Assembly: GCF_009914755.1 (NCBI RefSeq)
Contig: NC_060942.1
Length of the DNA stretch: 64,000 nucleotides
Reading direction: 5' to 3' (one strand)
From: the human T2T-CHM13v2.0 reference genome, Homo sapiens
The first letter of the stretch is position 1, and the number at the start of each line of letters is the position of its first letter. The position numbers were made by a program, and so were the translations under genes. The notes beneath the pieces are model-generated. The model was not told the DNA's origin and did not search any database. It saw only the letters and a program-made list of their open reading frames with translations. Below are positions 40,959 to 61,756 of this stretch, in pieces.

Positions 40959-41996
40959 TTTGGTTTCCTGAGCATGTTTGTGAGAGTTAAGCCCAACCCA
41001 ACATTTGCCAAGATGGAAAGATATTATAGAAAAACCAGTATATCATATTGCCACCCTGCTTTACAATTCCTTACAGAAACTGTTCTTTAATTTAAAAATA
41101 ACTTCCTGTCCTACATTTTACTTTTTTCTTTCCATTTAACTTAATCTGAGCAATTATCCTGACAGATTTAAGGTAAAGTACTTCATTCATATAATAAAAT
41201 TTGATTGACAGTTTTAATGTGTGGAAGAGGTTTAGATGTGACTTTAGCATTAATAAGCTTTTAAGCTTTACATAGTACAAGCCAAACATACGTTTAGAAA
41301 AATGGATCCAAACCATGAAAGTCTCCCTAAGTATTACCAAGAAAAATTGTCTCCAAAATTACTCTTAGTCGCTGTGAATGTTCATTTTTACATCTTTCAT
41401 ATTTATTTATTAAACTTTTGTGAGGTGTTATTTATATACAGTAAGATGCACACATTATAAGTGCACAGTTTAAGTTTTGACAAATGTGTATATTCATGTA
41501 ACCACTTATCCAATCAATCAGCCCAGAAAATTCCCTTTTGCTTTTTAGGGGTCAAACCTCCTCACCCCACCCTCAGCCTCATACCAAGCAGCCAGTATAT
41601 CACTATAGATTAGTTAGGCTAGTTCTTTTATGTAATAGAATTCAACACATAACACTCTTTTGTGTCTGGTTTACTTCTCTCAGCATAACATTACTGAGAG
41701 TCTTCCATATTGTTGAGTGTATTACCAGTTTGTTACTTTTAATAGGTGACTAGAATTCTATTGTATGAACATACCATAGTTTACTAACCCATTTACCAGG
41801 TGAAGGACACGTAGGTGGTTTCTAGTATTTGGCTATTACAGACAAAACCACTATACATTTGTGTACAAGGTTTAGTGGATATATTTTTTTCCTGGGTCAT
41901 ACAGTAAATCTATATTTAACTGTGTAGGAAACTGCCAAGCTGTTTTCCAAAGTAGTCCTACCATTTTCTATTCTAATCAGGAGTGTATGAGAATTC

Positions 41997-42268
41997 TTTT
42001 GTTTGTTCTTTGAGATGAAGTCTCACTCTGTCACCCAGGCTGGAGTGCAGTGGCGCGATCCTGGGTTCCAGTGATTCTCATGTCTCAGCCTCCCAAGTAT
42101 CTGGGATTACAGGCACCCGCCACAATGCCCAGCTAATTTTTGTATTTTTAGTAGAGATAGGGTTTCGCCATGTTGGCCAGGCTGGTCTCGAACTCCTAAC
42201 CTCAAGTGATCTGCCCACTTCAGCCTCCCAAAGTGCTGGGATTACAGGTATGAGTCACCAGCCTGGCC
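41997..42268 (-). mobile_element. Alu (AluS) with an internal deletion
   Basis: Reverse Alu; 'tggcgcgatc|ctgggttc' lacks the usual 'tcggctcactgcaacctccgcctc' segment. Confidence 0.93.
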
Positions 42269-42272
42269 TACA

Positions 42273-42638
42273 TTTTTTTTTTTAATTTTTGTGGGTACAT
42301 TGTAGGTATATATATTTGTGGGGCACATAAGATGTTTTGACACATGCAGGCAATGTGAAATAATCATGTCATGGAAAATGGGGTACCCATCCCCTCAAGC
42401 ATCTATCTTTTGTGTTACAAACAATCCTATTACACTCTTTTAGTTATTTTAAAATGTACAATTAAGTTATTATTGACTATAGTCACATGGTTGTGTGATC
42501 AAATAGTATGTCTCATTCATTCTTTTTTTTTTTATTTTGGACCCATTAACCATCCCCACCTCCTCCCCAGTGCCCCCCCGCCCCACCACCCTTTGCAACC
42601 TCTGGCAACCATCCTTCTACTCTCTATGCCCATGAGTG
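42273..42638 (-). mobile_element. L1MA1/2-like 3' end fragment
   Basis: 'tttttgtgggtacattgtaggtatatatatttgtgggg...aatggggtacccatcccctcaagcat'. Confidence 0.85.
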
Positions 42639-42705
42639 GATATAAGTTCTTTTTCAAGTATATGTATAGCAAATATTTTTCCCGTGTGTGGCTTCCTCTT
42701 CATCC

Positions 42706-43009
42706 ATTTTCTTTTCTTTTAAAATTTGAGACAGAGTCTCGCTCTGTTCCCCAGGCTGGAGAGCAGTGGCATGATCTCAGCTCACTACAACCTTCTCCTC
42801 CTGGGTTTAAGCGATTCTTCTGCCTCAGACTCCCAAGTAGCTGGAATTATAGGCACCCATCACCACTCCCAGCTAATTTTTGTATTTTTAGTAGAGATGG
42901 GGTTTCGCCATGTTGGCCAGTCTGGTCTTGAACTCCTGACCTCAGGTGATCCGCCCACCTTGGCCTCCCAAAGTGCTGGGATTACACGCATCAGCTACCG
43001 TGCCCAGTC
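42706..43009 (-). mobile_element. Alu (AluSx-like)
   Basis: Reverse dimer with 'cctcaggtgatccgcccacct'. Confidence 0.95.
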
Positions 43010-43439
43010 TTTATCCGTTTTCTTAATGATGTCTTTGAAGAGCAGAAGATTTAAATTTTGATGAAGTCCAACTTACCAAATATTAAAATAGTAATTGGTG
43101 CCTTTTTGTATCCTTTCCAAGAAATCTTTGCCTACTACAGAGTCATGATTATTTTTTTCCTAGATGTTTTCTTCTAAGGGGTTTATATCCAACATTTATA
43201 ATGAATCCTTGCAATTCAATAGAAGTAAAACAGATAACCCAATTAAAAATGGGCAAAAGACTTGAACAGACATTTCTTCAAAGAAATAAAATTGGCCAAC
43301 AGTCATATGAAAAAAGTGCTCAACATCACTAATCATCAGGAAAATGCCAATTAAAACCACAATATTACCTCACATTTATTAAGTTGGCTATTATCAAAAG
43401 GACAAGAGATAACAAATTTTGGCAAACAAACAAACAAAA

Positions 43440-44664
43440 AAATTACACCAAGATAAACTTGTACTACCTTGTTATAACATGTATGAATAGGATCTACTCT
43501 GAGGTGCTAAGAAGGATAAGACATCAGTTTGAAAAGAGCCCTTGTGAGAGCAACATTTCTGCTAACATTAAAGCAAGAAAAAACATCAAACTTACGGTGA
43601 AGCTTGGATTTAGGAATGGTGAAATCATTGATGCTTTACAAAAAGTTTATAGGAACAATGCCTCAAATAAATCAACAGTTTATGAATGCATAACTCCTTT
43701 TAAGAAGGAATAAGACATTGTTGAAATGAAGTGAAAATGAAGCCCATAATGGCAGGCCATCCACATCAATTTGTGGGGAAAAATTTAATCTTGTTCATGC
43801 CCTAATTAAATAAGACTGATGATTAACAGCAGAAACAATAGCCACCTCCACAGACATCTCAATCGGTTCAGCTTACACAATCCTGACTGAAAAAATTAAA
43901 GTTGAGCAAATTTTCCACCTGATGGGTGTCAAAATTGTTGCACTCAGATCAGCTGCAGACAAGAGCAGAGCTTTCAATGGAAATTTTAAACAAGTGGGAT
44001 CCAGATCCTGAAGCATTTCTTCAAATAATTGTATCAGGAGATGAAATATGAGTTTACCAGTATGATCCTGAAAATAAAGCACAGTCAAAGCAATGGCTAC
44101 CAAGAGGTGGCAGTGGTGCAGTCACAGCCAAAGTGGGCCTGTCAAAAGCAAAGGTCACGGCAACGGCTTTTTGGGAAGCTCAAGGAATTTTGCTTCTTGA
44201 CTTTCTGGAAGGCCAATGAATGATAACATCTACTCATTATGAGAACATAGCCAAAGCTTTAGCAGAAAATCACCTGGGAAAGCTTCACTAGAGAGTCATC
44301 TACCGTGACAATGCTCCTGCTCATCTATCTCATCAAACAAGGGCAAATTTACAAGAATTTAAATGGGAAATCATTAGGCATCCATCTTACAGTTCTGATC
44401 TGGTCCCGTCTGACTTCTTTTTGTTCCTTAATCTTAAACAAATCTTTAAAGAGCACCCATTTTTCTTCAGCTAATAATGTAAAAAAGACTACATTGACAT
44501 AATTAAATTCCCAGGACCCTCAGTTCTTTAGGGATGGACTAAATGGCTGGTATCATCACTTACAAAAGTGTCTTGAACTTGAGGTAGCTTATGTTGAGAA
44601 ATAAGTTTATAATTTTTATTTTTATCTTTTAGTTCTATTTTCCATGAACTTTTTGAAGTCACTT

Positions 44665-44666
<2 letters not shown>
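43440..44666 (+). mobile_element. Hsmar2 mariner DNA transposon, left TIR missing, transposase pseudogene
   Basis: Degenerate mariner motifs: 'ARKNIKLTVKLG', W(V)SKLL (~43923), GDE (~44037), DNAPAH (~44307), YSSDLVPSDF (~44388). Right end 'ttttccatgaactttttgaagtc'. Many stops and frameshifts. Confidence 0.92.
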
Positions 44667-44667
<1 letters not shown>

Positions 44668-44707
<40 letters not shown>

Positions 44708-44712
44708 AGAGA
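44668..44712 (+). repeat. (CA)n(GA)n microsatellite
   Basis: Dinucleotide run at the Hsmar2 right TA junction. Confidence 0.95.
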
Positions 44713-44847
44713 GTGGAATTTTATTCAGCCTTAAAAGTGAATGAGACCCTGTCATTTGCCACAATATGGGAAAACCTGGAGGGTGGACATGGCTAAATGA
44801 AATAAGCCAGATACAGAAAGAAAAACATTGCATGATCTCACTTATAT

Positions 44848-45201
44848 TTTATATGAAATCATTATAATTTTATGTTGCCTAAGCATCCATTTTGAAAGTA
44901 GATTCAGGTTTAGCATTCTTGTACCAGGACAGGGCTCAATTACCATTGACTCAGTTTCTAGTTCTACATCACACAAAAATGGCTTAAGCCAGTGGCCAGA
45001 GATAAGAACTTGAAGGTGTCTCTCCTGACTAGCTGACTGGGCTCACCACCTTCCTGTCACTTACTTTGAAGGAGCCATTAAGATATTTGCCCATGAACTT
45101 AGTGTGACCACACCCTATTCTTCAATATACCCAGTTAATTGTAATGTTCTCTTCTCTCTGCCCGCCTGTACTGCCTGAGTTTTCTCTCTCTCTCTCTGTG
45201 C

Positions 45202-45254
<53 letters not shown>

Positions 45255-45471
45255 CAGTCACTCTCCAGGGTCTGTAAGTACTACAAACTCTAAAATGTTC
45301 ACATTGTAATTACATCATTGAAGCTGTCCCCACAATCTAACACCTGATGGTGAGGACACCCCAAAGGGACCCATGCAGGTGGTCCCCTTCTGGTGTTCTT
45401 TTGTGGCTGCTGGTAGCTTCTGAGGACAGTAGCTACCAGCTAAGTGGCTAAACTCTGTTTTATTCAAAACA
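44848..45471 (+). mobile_element. ERVL-type solo LTR (MER54/MER73-like) containing a (TG)n tract at 45225-45251
   Basis: 'ataattttatgttgcctaagcatccattttgaa...cagggctcaattacc...gtggccagagataagaac', ends AAAACA where the L1 resumes. Confidence 0.65.
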
Positions 45472-45709
45472 TATGTGAACTAGTGAAATCAGAGGTGGGG
45501 ATGGGGAGGAAAAATGGGGAGATGTAAGTCAAAGGATACAAAGTAGCAGATATGTAGGAAGAAGTCTAGAAATCTAATGTATGAGGACTACAGTGAATAA
45601 AATTGCATTGTGTTAGATTTCAGCTGCTCTTTTGAAACACATAAAAAGTAACTATGTGAGATGAATTTCCTTCACTATGGTAGCCATTTTACTATTTATG
45701 CATATCCCA

Positions 45710-45968
45710 AGCCAAGGCAGGATTGCTTGAGCCCACAAGTTTGAGTCCAGCCTGGACAACATAGTGAGATCCCAACTCAACAAAAAATAAAAAATTAGCC
45801 AGGTGGTGTGTACCTGTAGTCCTAACTACTCAGGAGGCTGAGGCTGGAGGATTGCTTGAGCCCAGGAGTTCAAGGCTTCACTGAGGCAAAATCACACCAC
45901 TGCACTCCAGCCTGGCTGGCAGAGTGAGACTCTGTCTCAAAAAACAAAAATAAAATAAAATAAAATAA
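45710..45968 (+). mobile_element. AluJ, 5'-truncated
   Basis: 'ggattgcttgagcccacaagtttgag', right arm, (TAAAA)n tail. Confidence 0.92.
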
Positions 45969-47020
45969 ATCCCATAACATCATGTTGTAAGCCTCAAATA
46001 CACACAATAAAATTTATTTTGCAAAAAAGTTCCTTCTAGAAGTTTTATGGTTTAGCTTTTATATTCAGATCTATAATCTATTTCAAATTAAAATTTGCAT
46101 ATGTGATTATATAAGGATTGGAATTGATTTTTTAAAATATGAATATCTAATTGTTTCATTACAATTTATTGAAAAGAATATCCTTTACCCATTGAACTAC
46201 ATTGACACTTATGTCAAAAATCAACTGAACATACATGTGTGGATCTATTTCTGGGCTCTCTACTCTGTTCCATTGATCTGTTATTCTATCCTTATGCCCC
46301 TATTACACTTCCTTGATTAGAGTATTTATAATAAATCTTAAAATCAGGTAGTGCAATCCTTCCAACTTTGGTTTTCCTTTTTCAAAATTGTTTTAGTTAT
46401 TTTAGGTTCTATGTATTTCCATTTAAGTCCAAGAATTATCTTGTCAATTTTTTTAAAAAGATGCCTGCTGGAATTCTGATTGGAATTCATTGACTTTATC
46501 CATCTATGTGGGGAAAATTGACATCTTACCAATATTAACTCTTCTCATCCATGAACATGGTATATTTCCCCATTTATCTAAACCTTATTTTAATTTCTGT
46601 CATCAATATTTTTGTACTTTTTAGTATATACAAATTTACATATTTTTCATTAAATCTATTCCTAAGTGTTTTACGGTTTTTGATGACACTGAAAACTATT
46701 TTCCAGTTGTTTTTTGCTTATATACAGATACAATTAATTCGTATGTATTGACCTTCTATCCTACAACTTTGTTACAATTACATTTTGATGCAAAAAACTT
46801 TAAACAAAGAGCACAGTTGAAATGAAACCATATTAAACATTCATGTACCCACCATCTAGAGACCAATTATTAACATTTTGCTATATTTTATTTATCACAT
46901 ATATATCCATCTATTCTTCTATCTTACTTTTTTTGGTATTTAAAAAATAAATTACAGGCATCAGTATATTTCATCCCAAACAATTCAATATTTGTATCAT
47001 TAACTGGAATTTAATTACTC

Positions 47021-47319
47021 TTTTTTTTTTTGAGACAGAATCTTGCTCTATAGCCCAGGCTGGAGTGCAGTGGCTGGCACAATCTCAGCCTCTTCCAAAC
47101 ACCATGCCTCCTGGGTTCAAGTGATTCTTGTACCTCAGCCTCCTGAGTAGCACGGGTTACAGGCATGAGCCACCACCCCTGGGTAATTTTTGTATTTTTA
47201 GTAGAGACGGGGTTCTGCTTTCTTGGCCAGGCTGGTCTGGAACTCCTGGCCTCAAATAATCCTCCTGCCTCAGCCTCCCAAAGTGCTGGGATTACAGGAG
47301 TGTGCTACAATGCCCAGCC
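47021..47319 (-). mobile_element. Alu (AluJb/S)
   Basis: Reverse dimer. TSD AATTACTCTTT. Confidence 0.94.
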
Positions 47320-47329
47320 TCAATTACTC

Positions 47330-50300
47330 TTTATATTTTCTTTAAGTAAAATATACCTGCAGTGTAATGTATAAATCTTAAGTGTACTATGTGATACCTC
47401 TTGACAAGTACATAATATCCATGTTCTCTGTTTTTTTTTTTTTTTTTTTGAGATGGAGTCTTGCTCTGTTGCCCAGGCTGAAGTGCAGTGGCACGATCTC
47501 GGCTCACTGCGAGCTCCGCCTCCCGGGTTCACGCCATTCTCCTGCCTCAGCCTTCTGAGTAGCTGGGACTACAGGCATCCGCCACCACGCCTGGCTAATT
47601 TTTTGTATTTTTAGTAGAGACAGAGTTTCACCGTGTTAGCCAGGATGGTCTCGATCTCCTGACCTCGTGATCCACCCGCCTCGGCCTCCCAAAGTGCTGG
47701 AATTACAGGCGTGAGCCACCGTGCCCAGCCTCCGTGTTCTCTTATGTTCCTTCTAAGTCAATCTCTGCTCCTAAACCCCCAGAAGCAACTGCTGTTTTGA
47801 CTTTAAAAAAAGAAAAAGAAAAACCTATATATTAGTTTAGCCTCTTTTAGAACTTAAACAAATATATTCATGTAGTATGGATTCTTTTGGGGAAAGTTTC
47901 TTTCCATCAGCATCATGTTTTTGAGTTTCATCCGTGTTTTGCATTCAGCTTTTAAAAAAATTGCTAATAGTATTTCGTTGTATGAATATGCCAGTGTTTG
48001 CTTATTCATTCTCCTAATAATGGACATGTGTTGTTTGCAATTTTTGGTACCATGAGTAAAACTATGAGCACTCTTGTACACGTCTTTGGTAAAATATGCT
48101 TTAATATCTCTTGGGAAAATACCTACGAGTGGAATTGCTAGAATAGATCTATGTTTGGTTATATGAGAAACAGCCAGGCCCATTTTCCAAAGCAGTTTTA
48201 ACATTCTACACTCTCACCAACAATGTATGGAATTTGAGGTTGCATTACATCCTTGCTAACATTTGGTGTTGTCAGTCTCTAATTTTAGCCATTTCAGTGG
48301 GTGTGTAATGGTATCTCATTGTGGTTTTAATTTACATTTCCCTAGTGACTAATAATGCTGAGCTCTTTTTCATGTGCTTTTCTTTGTGAAGTGTCTGTTC
48401 AAGTATTTTTTTCGCTGATTTTTAAGAATTTGGTTCTTTTTTGTTTTTGAATTGTATGAACTCTTTATATTCCCTGGACACCAAAACTTTGTCAGATATT
48501 TGTTTTGGAAATATTTTCTCCCTTTTTTTTGGCGTGCCTATTATCTCCTTAATGGTATCTTTTGATGAACAGAATTTTAAATATTTGGATGAAGTGTAAT
48601 TTATGACATTTTTCTTTTATATTTATTGTCTTTTGTATTCAAGTTAAAGAAACTTTTCCAGATTCCAATCATAAAAGTATTCTTCTATGCTTTCTTCTGT
48701 AAGCTTCTATAATACCTTTAGGTTTTATATTTTGGGCTATGATTTATTTCTAATTAATTTTATATACACTATGAAATAGGAGTTGAGTTTCCTTCCTTTT
48801 TTTCCATACAGACGTACATTTATACTAGCATCATTTGTTGAAAGTCTTCCATTTCCCCATTTAATTGCTTTGGTACCTTTGTCAAAAGTCAATTGGCTGT
48901 ATAATTGTGGGTCCATTCAGGACTCTATATTTGGTTCTGTTGATCTATTTATTATTTTTATGCCTCTACTACCCACTCTGGATCACTGCAAATTTACAAT
49001 AAGGCCTGAAGTAGTATAAGTAGTAGTATACATCCTCCAAGTACTATAAGTCCTCCAACTACTTTTTAAAGGTTGCTTTGTGCATCCAGGTCCTTAGCAT
49101 TTCTGTATGAATTTTAGAATCAGCTTGTGAATTTCTATTTAAAAAGATTGATGAGATTATAATTGAGATTGCTTTGACTATGTAGATCAGTATGAGAGAA
49201 TTGATATCTTAATACTGATCTTTCCAGTTCATGAAGAGGGCATATCTCTCCATTTGTTTAGGTTGCTTTTAACTTATCTCACCAGTATTTTGCATTTTTC
49301 AGCAGATATGTCTTCTCATCTTTTGCTGAATTTACTTCTAAGTCATTTATGTTTTTGATGCCATTATATGGGTTGTTATTTTAATAATTTTTATTTCAAA
49401 TTTTGCTTTTCATATTGATGGAAGCTAGCATATAGAGACATAATTGATTTTTGTACATTAGTTTTGTATCCTGCAAACCAGCAAAATTCACTAAATGATT
49501 CTTGTAGGTTTTTTTCGCCTAAATCCTAAATCTTAAATTTCTTAGAATTTTCTGCAAATAAAGTTTTGCTTGTTATCGTGCAGCCTGTATGTCTTTTATT
49601 TCTTTTCCTTACCTTATTGTACTGGCCAGAATGCCAATACAATGTTGAATAGAAGTGATAAGAGTGGGCATCTTTGTTTTTTGTTGATGTTAGGAAAAAC
49701 TCTTCAACCTCTCACCAATAATTATTATGTTAGCTATAGTACTTTTTTTGTAGAGACACCTTTTTCAGGCTGAGGAAGCTCCCTTTCATTCCTAGTTTGG
49801 TGAACTTTCATCATAAAAGATGTTGAATTTTTTCAAATGCTTTTTCCACAAATATTAAGATGATCATAGGTCTTTCTCCCTTATTCTATTAGGATAGTGA
49901 TTTATGCTGATTGACTTTCAAATGTTAAACCAATACACTTCTGGGATAAACCACATCTTTTCATGATATGCTATCCTTGTTTGTAGCTATATTCTATTTG
50001 TCAGTTATTTTAAAGATTTTTTCATTTATATTAATGAGTAGAATTGGCTTAAATATTTTGTTTGTTGTTTTTTAATTTTTTTTGGTGATGTTAAAACATT
50101 TTTCTCAGGTTTTCATGTCCTGTAAAATTAGTTGGAATATGATTTTCCTCCTTTATTTTATAAAAGGATTTGTATAAGATTGGTGTTATCTCTTTGTTAA
50201 ATATATGATGAACTCACTAGGGAAATAATTTGGACCTTGAATTTTCTCCAGTGAAGGATTTTGATCATGGCATTAACTTCATTAGTAGACATACAGCTAT

Positions 50301-50621
50301 TCAGATAGCTTATTTCTTCTGGAGTCAGCTTAGGGTAAATTGTGCTTTCTAAAAAATTTATCCAGTTTGTGTGAGGAAAAAAAAGCAAAAGTAAGTGCGA
50401 GTAAATAATAAGCATAGTAACAAAAATCAGTGAAATAGAAAACAGACACAAACAGAAAACTAGCAAATCCAAAAGTTACCTTTTTGGAAGATTAATAAAC
50501 TTGATAGAGCAGACAGAGAACACAAATTATTATTATCATGAAAGAAAGAAATCTATCTATCTATCTATATATATATAGACATTAAAAAGATCATAAGATG
50601 GATTATACCAACAAATTTGAC
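47330..50621 (-). mobile_element. Old L1M ~3 kb with inverted 5' segment (50375-50621 on +)
   Basis: Continuous reverse ORF2/3' sequence up to 'aaaatttatccagt' (50353-50366), then sense ORF2 sequence. Confidence 0.8.
47431..47730 (-). mobile_element. AluY
   Basis: 'gagctccgcctcccgggttcacgccattctcc', 'ccgtgttagccaggatgg'. TSD TCC(A/G)TGTTCTCT. Confidence 0.97.
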
Positions 50622-51692
50622 TTTAATTTCCTCTTAAATTTTGGTCTTTGATTTTAAGTCAAGTTTTGTCTATGATGTAAGGCATGGTTCAAACTTAATG
50701 CTTTTATATATGGATATTTCCCAGCATCATTTATTGAAGTGACTGTCTTTTCTCCATTGAATCACCTTGGTAACTTTGTTGAAAATCAACTGGCTGTGTA
50801 TTTGAGGATTTCTTTCTAGATTCTCTCTTCTATTCTATTGGCCTATATGTCTATCCTTATACCATTATCACACTCTTGATTACTACAGCTTCCTGGTGAG
50901 TCTTATAATTGGGGAGGTGTGGATCTTCCAACTTTGCTCTTCTTTTTCAAGACCATTTTGGCTATTCAGAATCCTTTGAAATTCCGTATGAATTTTAGGA
51001 TGGGTTTTGCTATTTCTGTAAAAAAAAAAATACTGTTGAGATTTTGATAGGGATTCCATTGAATCTGTAGATCACTTTGAGGACTCTTGTCAACTCTATA
51101 TTAAATCTCCCAATCCATAATCACAAGATGTCTTTTCATTTATTTAGGTCTTTCTCAATATTTCTTTCAGTGATATTTTGTTGTTTTCAGTGTACATGTC
51201 TTGTGACTCCTTAGTTTAACTTATTCCTAAAGTATTTTATTCATTTTAATGCTATTATAAAGGCATTGGTTTCTTAATTTCTCTTTCATATTGTTCATTG
51301 CTAGCATATAGAAATACGATTAATTTTTTGTGTTGATTTTGAATCTTGCAACTTGCTGAATTTGTTCATTAGCTCTACCAGTTTTGTGTGTGTGTGTGTG
51401 TGTGTGTGTGCTTATTCTTAGAGTGTGCTTATTCATATCATTTGTGAAACAAAAGTAAGTAGGAATAGAAGGGAAAATACTCAACATAATAAAGATTGCG
51501 TGTAAAGAAAAAGACCCCACAGTAAACATCATAGTCAATCACAAAATACTGAAAACTTTTCCCTTAAGATCAGGATCAAGACCAGGAATAAGCATTCACA
51601 CTTCGGTTCAGCATAGTACTGGAAGTTCTAGCCAGAGAAAATTAGGCAGAAAAAAGAAAAACAAGTCATTCAAATTGCAAAGGAAGGTGTGA
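50622..51692 (-). mobile_element. Second old L1M ORF2 fragment with inverted segment (51452-51692 on +)
   Basis: Reverse ORF2 down to the FADD-region, then sense ORF2 '...gtactggaagttctagccagag...caaattgcaaaggaagg'. Confidence 0.8.
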
Positions 51693-55860
<4,168 letters not shown>

Positions 55861-56835
55861 AGAGTTCACATTTTTAACCATTTGTTGAATATTTTAAGTA
55901 GTCAGTGTTATTTATATAAAACTCATATCTATTTTATGAGGGCAGAGTAAAAATTGCAGGCTAAAGAATAACACCATGCAATTTGAATTATAGACTTCAG
56001 AATTGTGGAGTGAAAAGGAATATTTTTGCAGTCATTGATTCACATGTTCTCCTGTAATGAATGAGGAAACAGGTCCAGAGAGATTAAGTGATTTACTATA
56101 GGTTGCATAGATTGTTCGTGATTTAAAGCACCTGCTCATAGAGACAATAAATATCATAAAGCTGTACCATGTTAATGAGTGGAAGCTGCTTTATCTTTGC
56201 ACTGTATATGAAAAACAAAAGATTCTAATGCTAAGCATTCTAAAACTGTAAAGACTGCAAAAGGAATGCTTAGCCTGACTACACTGCTTCCAAGTTTCTA
56301 AAATTCCTATAGTCACACTCTTTTACATAAAGCATCAAATGTGCTAATTAGAAAAGATTCAGATCTACAAAACAAAAGGTCTCTACTAGGCAAAATTATA
56401 AGTAATAAATTAAAATTCTTCAAATAATTCTGCTTTGTCCACCACTCCTCCCCCAAAACAGTAAATACTGTAATTTTGACACCTTTTGAATTTTTGAATT
56501 TGACATAAAATAAAATCTATATCATTTTGTAAATTGGTACTTCAATTTTATTCATTAGTTTTTAAATAAACGCATTGAAGGTAATTTTATTTTTATTTTT
56601 TTTCTGGTTTTTTTTTTCTTTTTTTTTTTTAAATAACTTTAAGTTTTAGGGTACATGTGCACATTGTGCAGGTTAGTTACATATGTATACATGTGCCATG
56701 CTGGTGCGCTGCACCCACTAACTCGTCATCTAGCATTAGGTATATCTCCCGATGCTATCCCTCCCCCCTCCCCCCACCCCACAACAGTCCCCACAGTGTG
56801 ATATTCCCCTTCCTGTGTCCATGTGATCTCATTGT

Positions 56836-60676
<3,841 letters not shown>

Positions 60677-60739
60677 GATGATCTTAGCTGGTTATTTTGC
60701 TCATTAGTTGATGCAGTTTCTTCCTAGTCTCGATGGTCT

Positions 60740-61756
60740 TTACATTTTGGCATGATTTTGCAGCGGCTGGTACTGGTTGTTCCTTTCCATGTTTAGTGCT
60801 TCCTTCAGGAGCTCTTGTAAGGTAGGCCTGGAGGTGACAAAATCTCTCAGCATTTGCTTGTCTGTAAAGGATTTTATTTCTCCTTCACTTTTGAAGCTTA
60901 GTTTGGCTGGATATGAAATTCTGGGTTGAAAATTCTTTTCTTTAAGAATGTTGAATATTGGCCCCCACTCTCTTCTGGCTTGTAGGGTTTCTGCCGAGAG
61001 ATCCGCTGTTAGTCTGATGGGCTTCCCTTTGAGAGTAACCCGACCTTTCTCTCTGGCTGCCCTTAACATTTTTTCCTTCATTTCAACTTTGGTGAATCTG
61101 ACAATTATGTGTCTTGGAGTTGCTCTTCTCGAGGAGTATCTTTGTGGCGTTCTCTGTATTTCCTGAATCTGAACGTTGGCCTGCCTTGCTAGATTGGGGA
61201 AGTTCTCCTGGATAATATCCTGCAGAGTGTTTTCCAACTTGGTTCCATTCTCCCCATCACTTTCAGGTACACCAATCAGACGTAGATTTGGTCTTTACAC
61301 ATAGTCCCATATTTCTTGGAGGCTTTGCTCATTTCTTTTTATTCTTTTTTCTCTCAACTTCCCTTCTCGCTTCATTTCATTCATTTCGTCTTCCATCGCT
61401 GATACCCTTTCTTCCAGTTGATCGCATTGGCTCCTGAGGCTTCTGCATTCTTCACGTAGTTCTCGAGCCTTGGTTTTCAGCTCCATCAGCTCCTTTATGC
61501 ACTTCTCTGTATTGGTTATTCTAGTTATACATTCTTCTAAATTTTTTTCAAAGTTTTCAACTTCTTTGCCTTTGGTTTGAATGTCCTCCCGTAGCTCAGA
61601 GTAATTTGATCGTCTGAAGCCTTCTTCTCTCAACTCATCAAAGTCATTCTCCATCCAGCTTTGTTCTGTTGCTGGTGAGGAACTGCGTTCCTTTGGAGGA
61701 GGAGAGGCGCTCTGCTTTTTAGAGTTTCCAGTTTTTCTGTTCTATTTTTTCCCCAT
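60740..61756 (-). pseudogene. L1 ORF1p (RNA-binding), disrupted
   Basis: 1017-bp frame, ATG GGG AAA AAA TAG (stop at codon 5) and a second stop TAA at 61295-61297. C-terminus ...QPLQNHAKM. Confidence 0.96.

Larger units (their letters stand above)
43183..46025 (+). mobile_element. L1MA 3' portion (pieces 43183-43425, 44712-44847, 45472-45709, 45969-46025) split by Hsmar2, an LTR and an AluJ
   Basis: 'acccaattaaaaatgggcaaaagacttgaacagacatt', 'gaaataagccagatacagaaag', 'gtcaaaggatacaaagtagcagatatgtagga', terminal AATAAA. Confidence 0.8.
41400..46780 (-). mobile_element. Old L1M (3' end at ~41400, ORF2 pieces 42640-43180 and 46030-46780) hosting several later insertions
   Basis: Collinear reverse L1 phrases resume across each insertion (e.g. 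'gatgttttcttcta' at 43164 continues as 'ccttctagaagttttatgg' at 46031). Confidence 0.7.

Noticed and set aside
43384-44502. Domesticated mariner transposase (SETMAR-like)
   Set aside because: Hsmar2 rather than Hsmar1, ATG lost, many stops and frameshifts, no fused domain.
56230-56274. 11-bp inverted repeat GCTAAGCATTC/GAATGCTTAGC
   Set aside because: Short arms with a 23-nt spacer; no TSD or other support for a MITE or RNA gene.
56759-56780. G-quadruplex-forming tract
   Set aside because: Standard feature of the L1PA 3'UTR.
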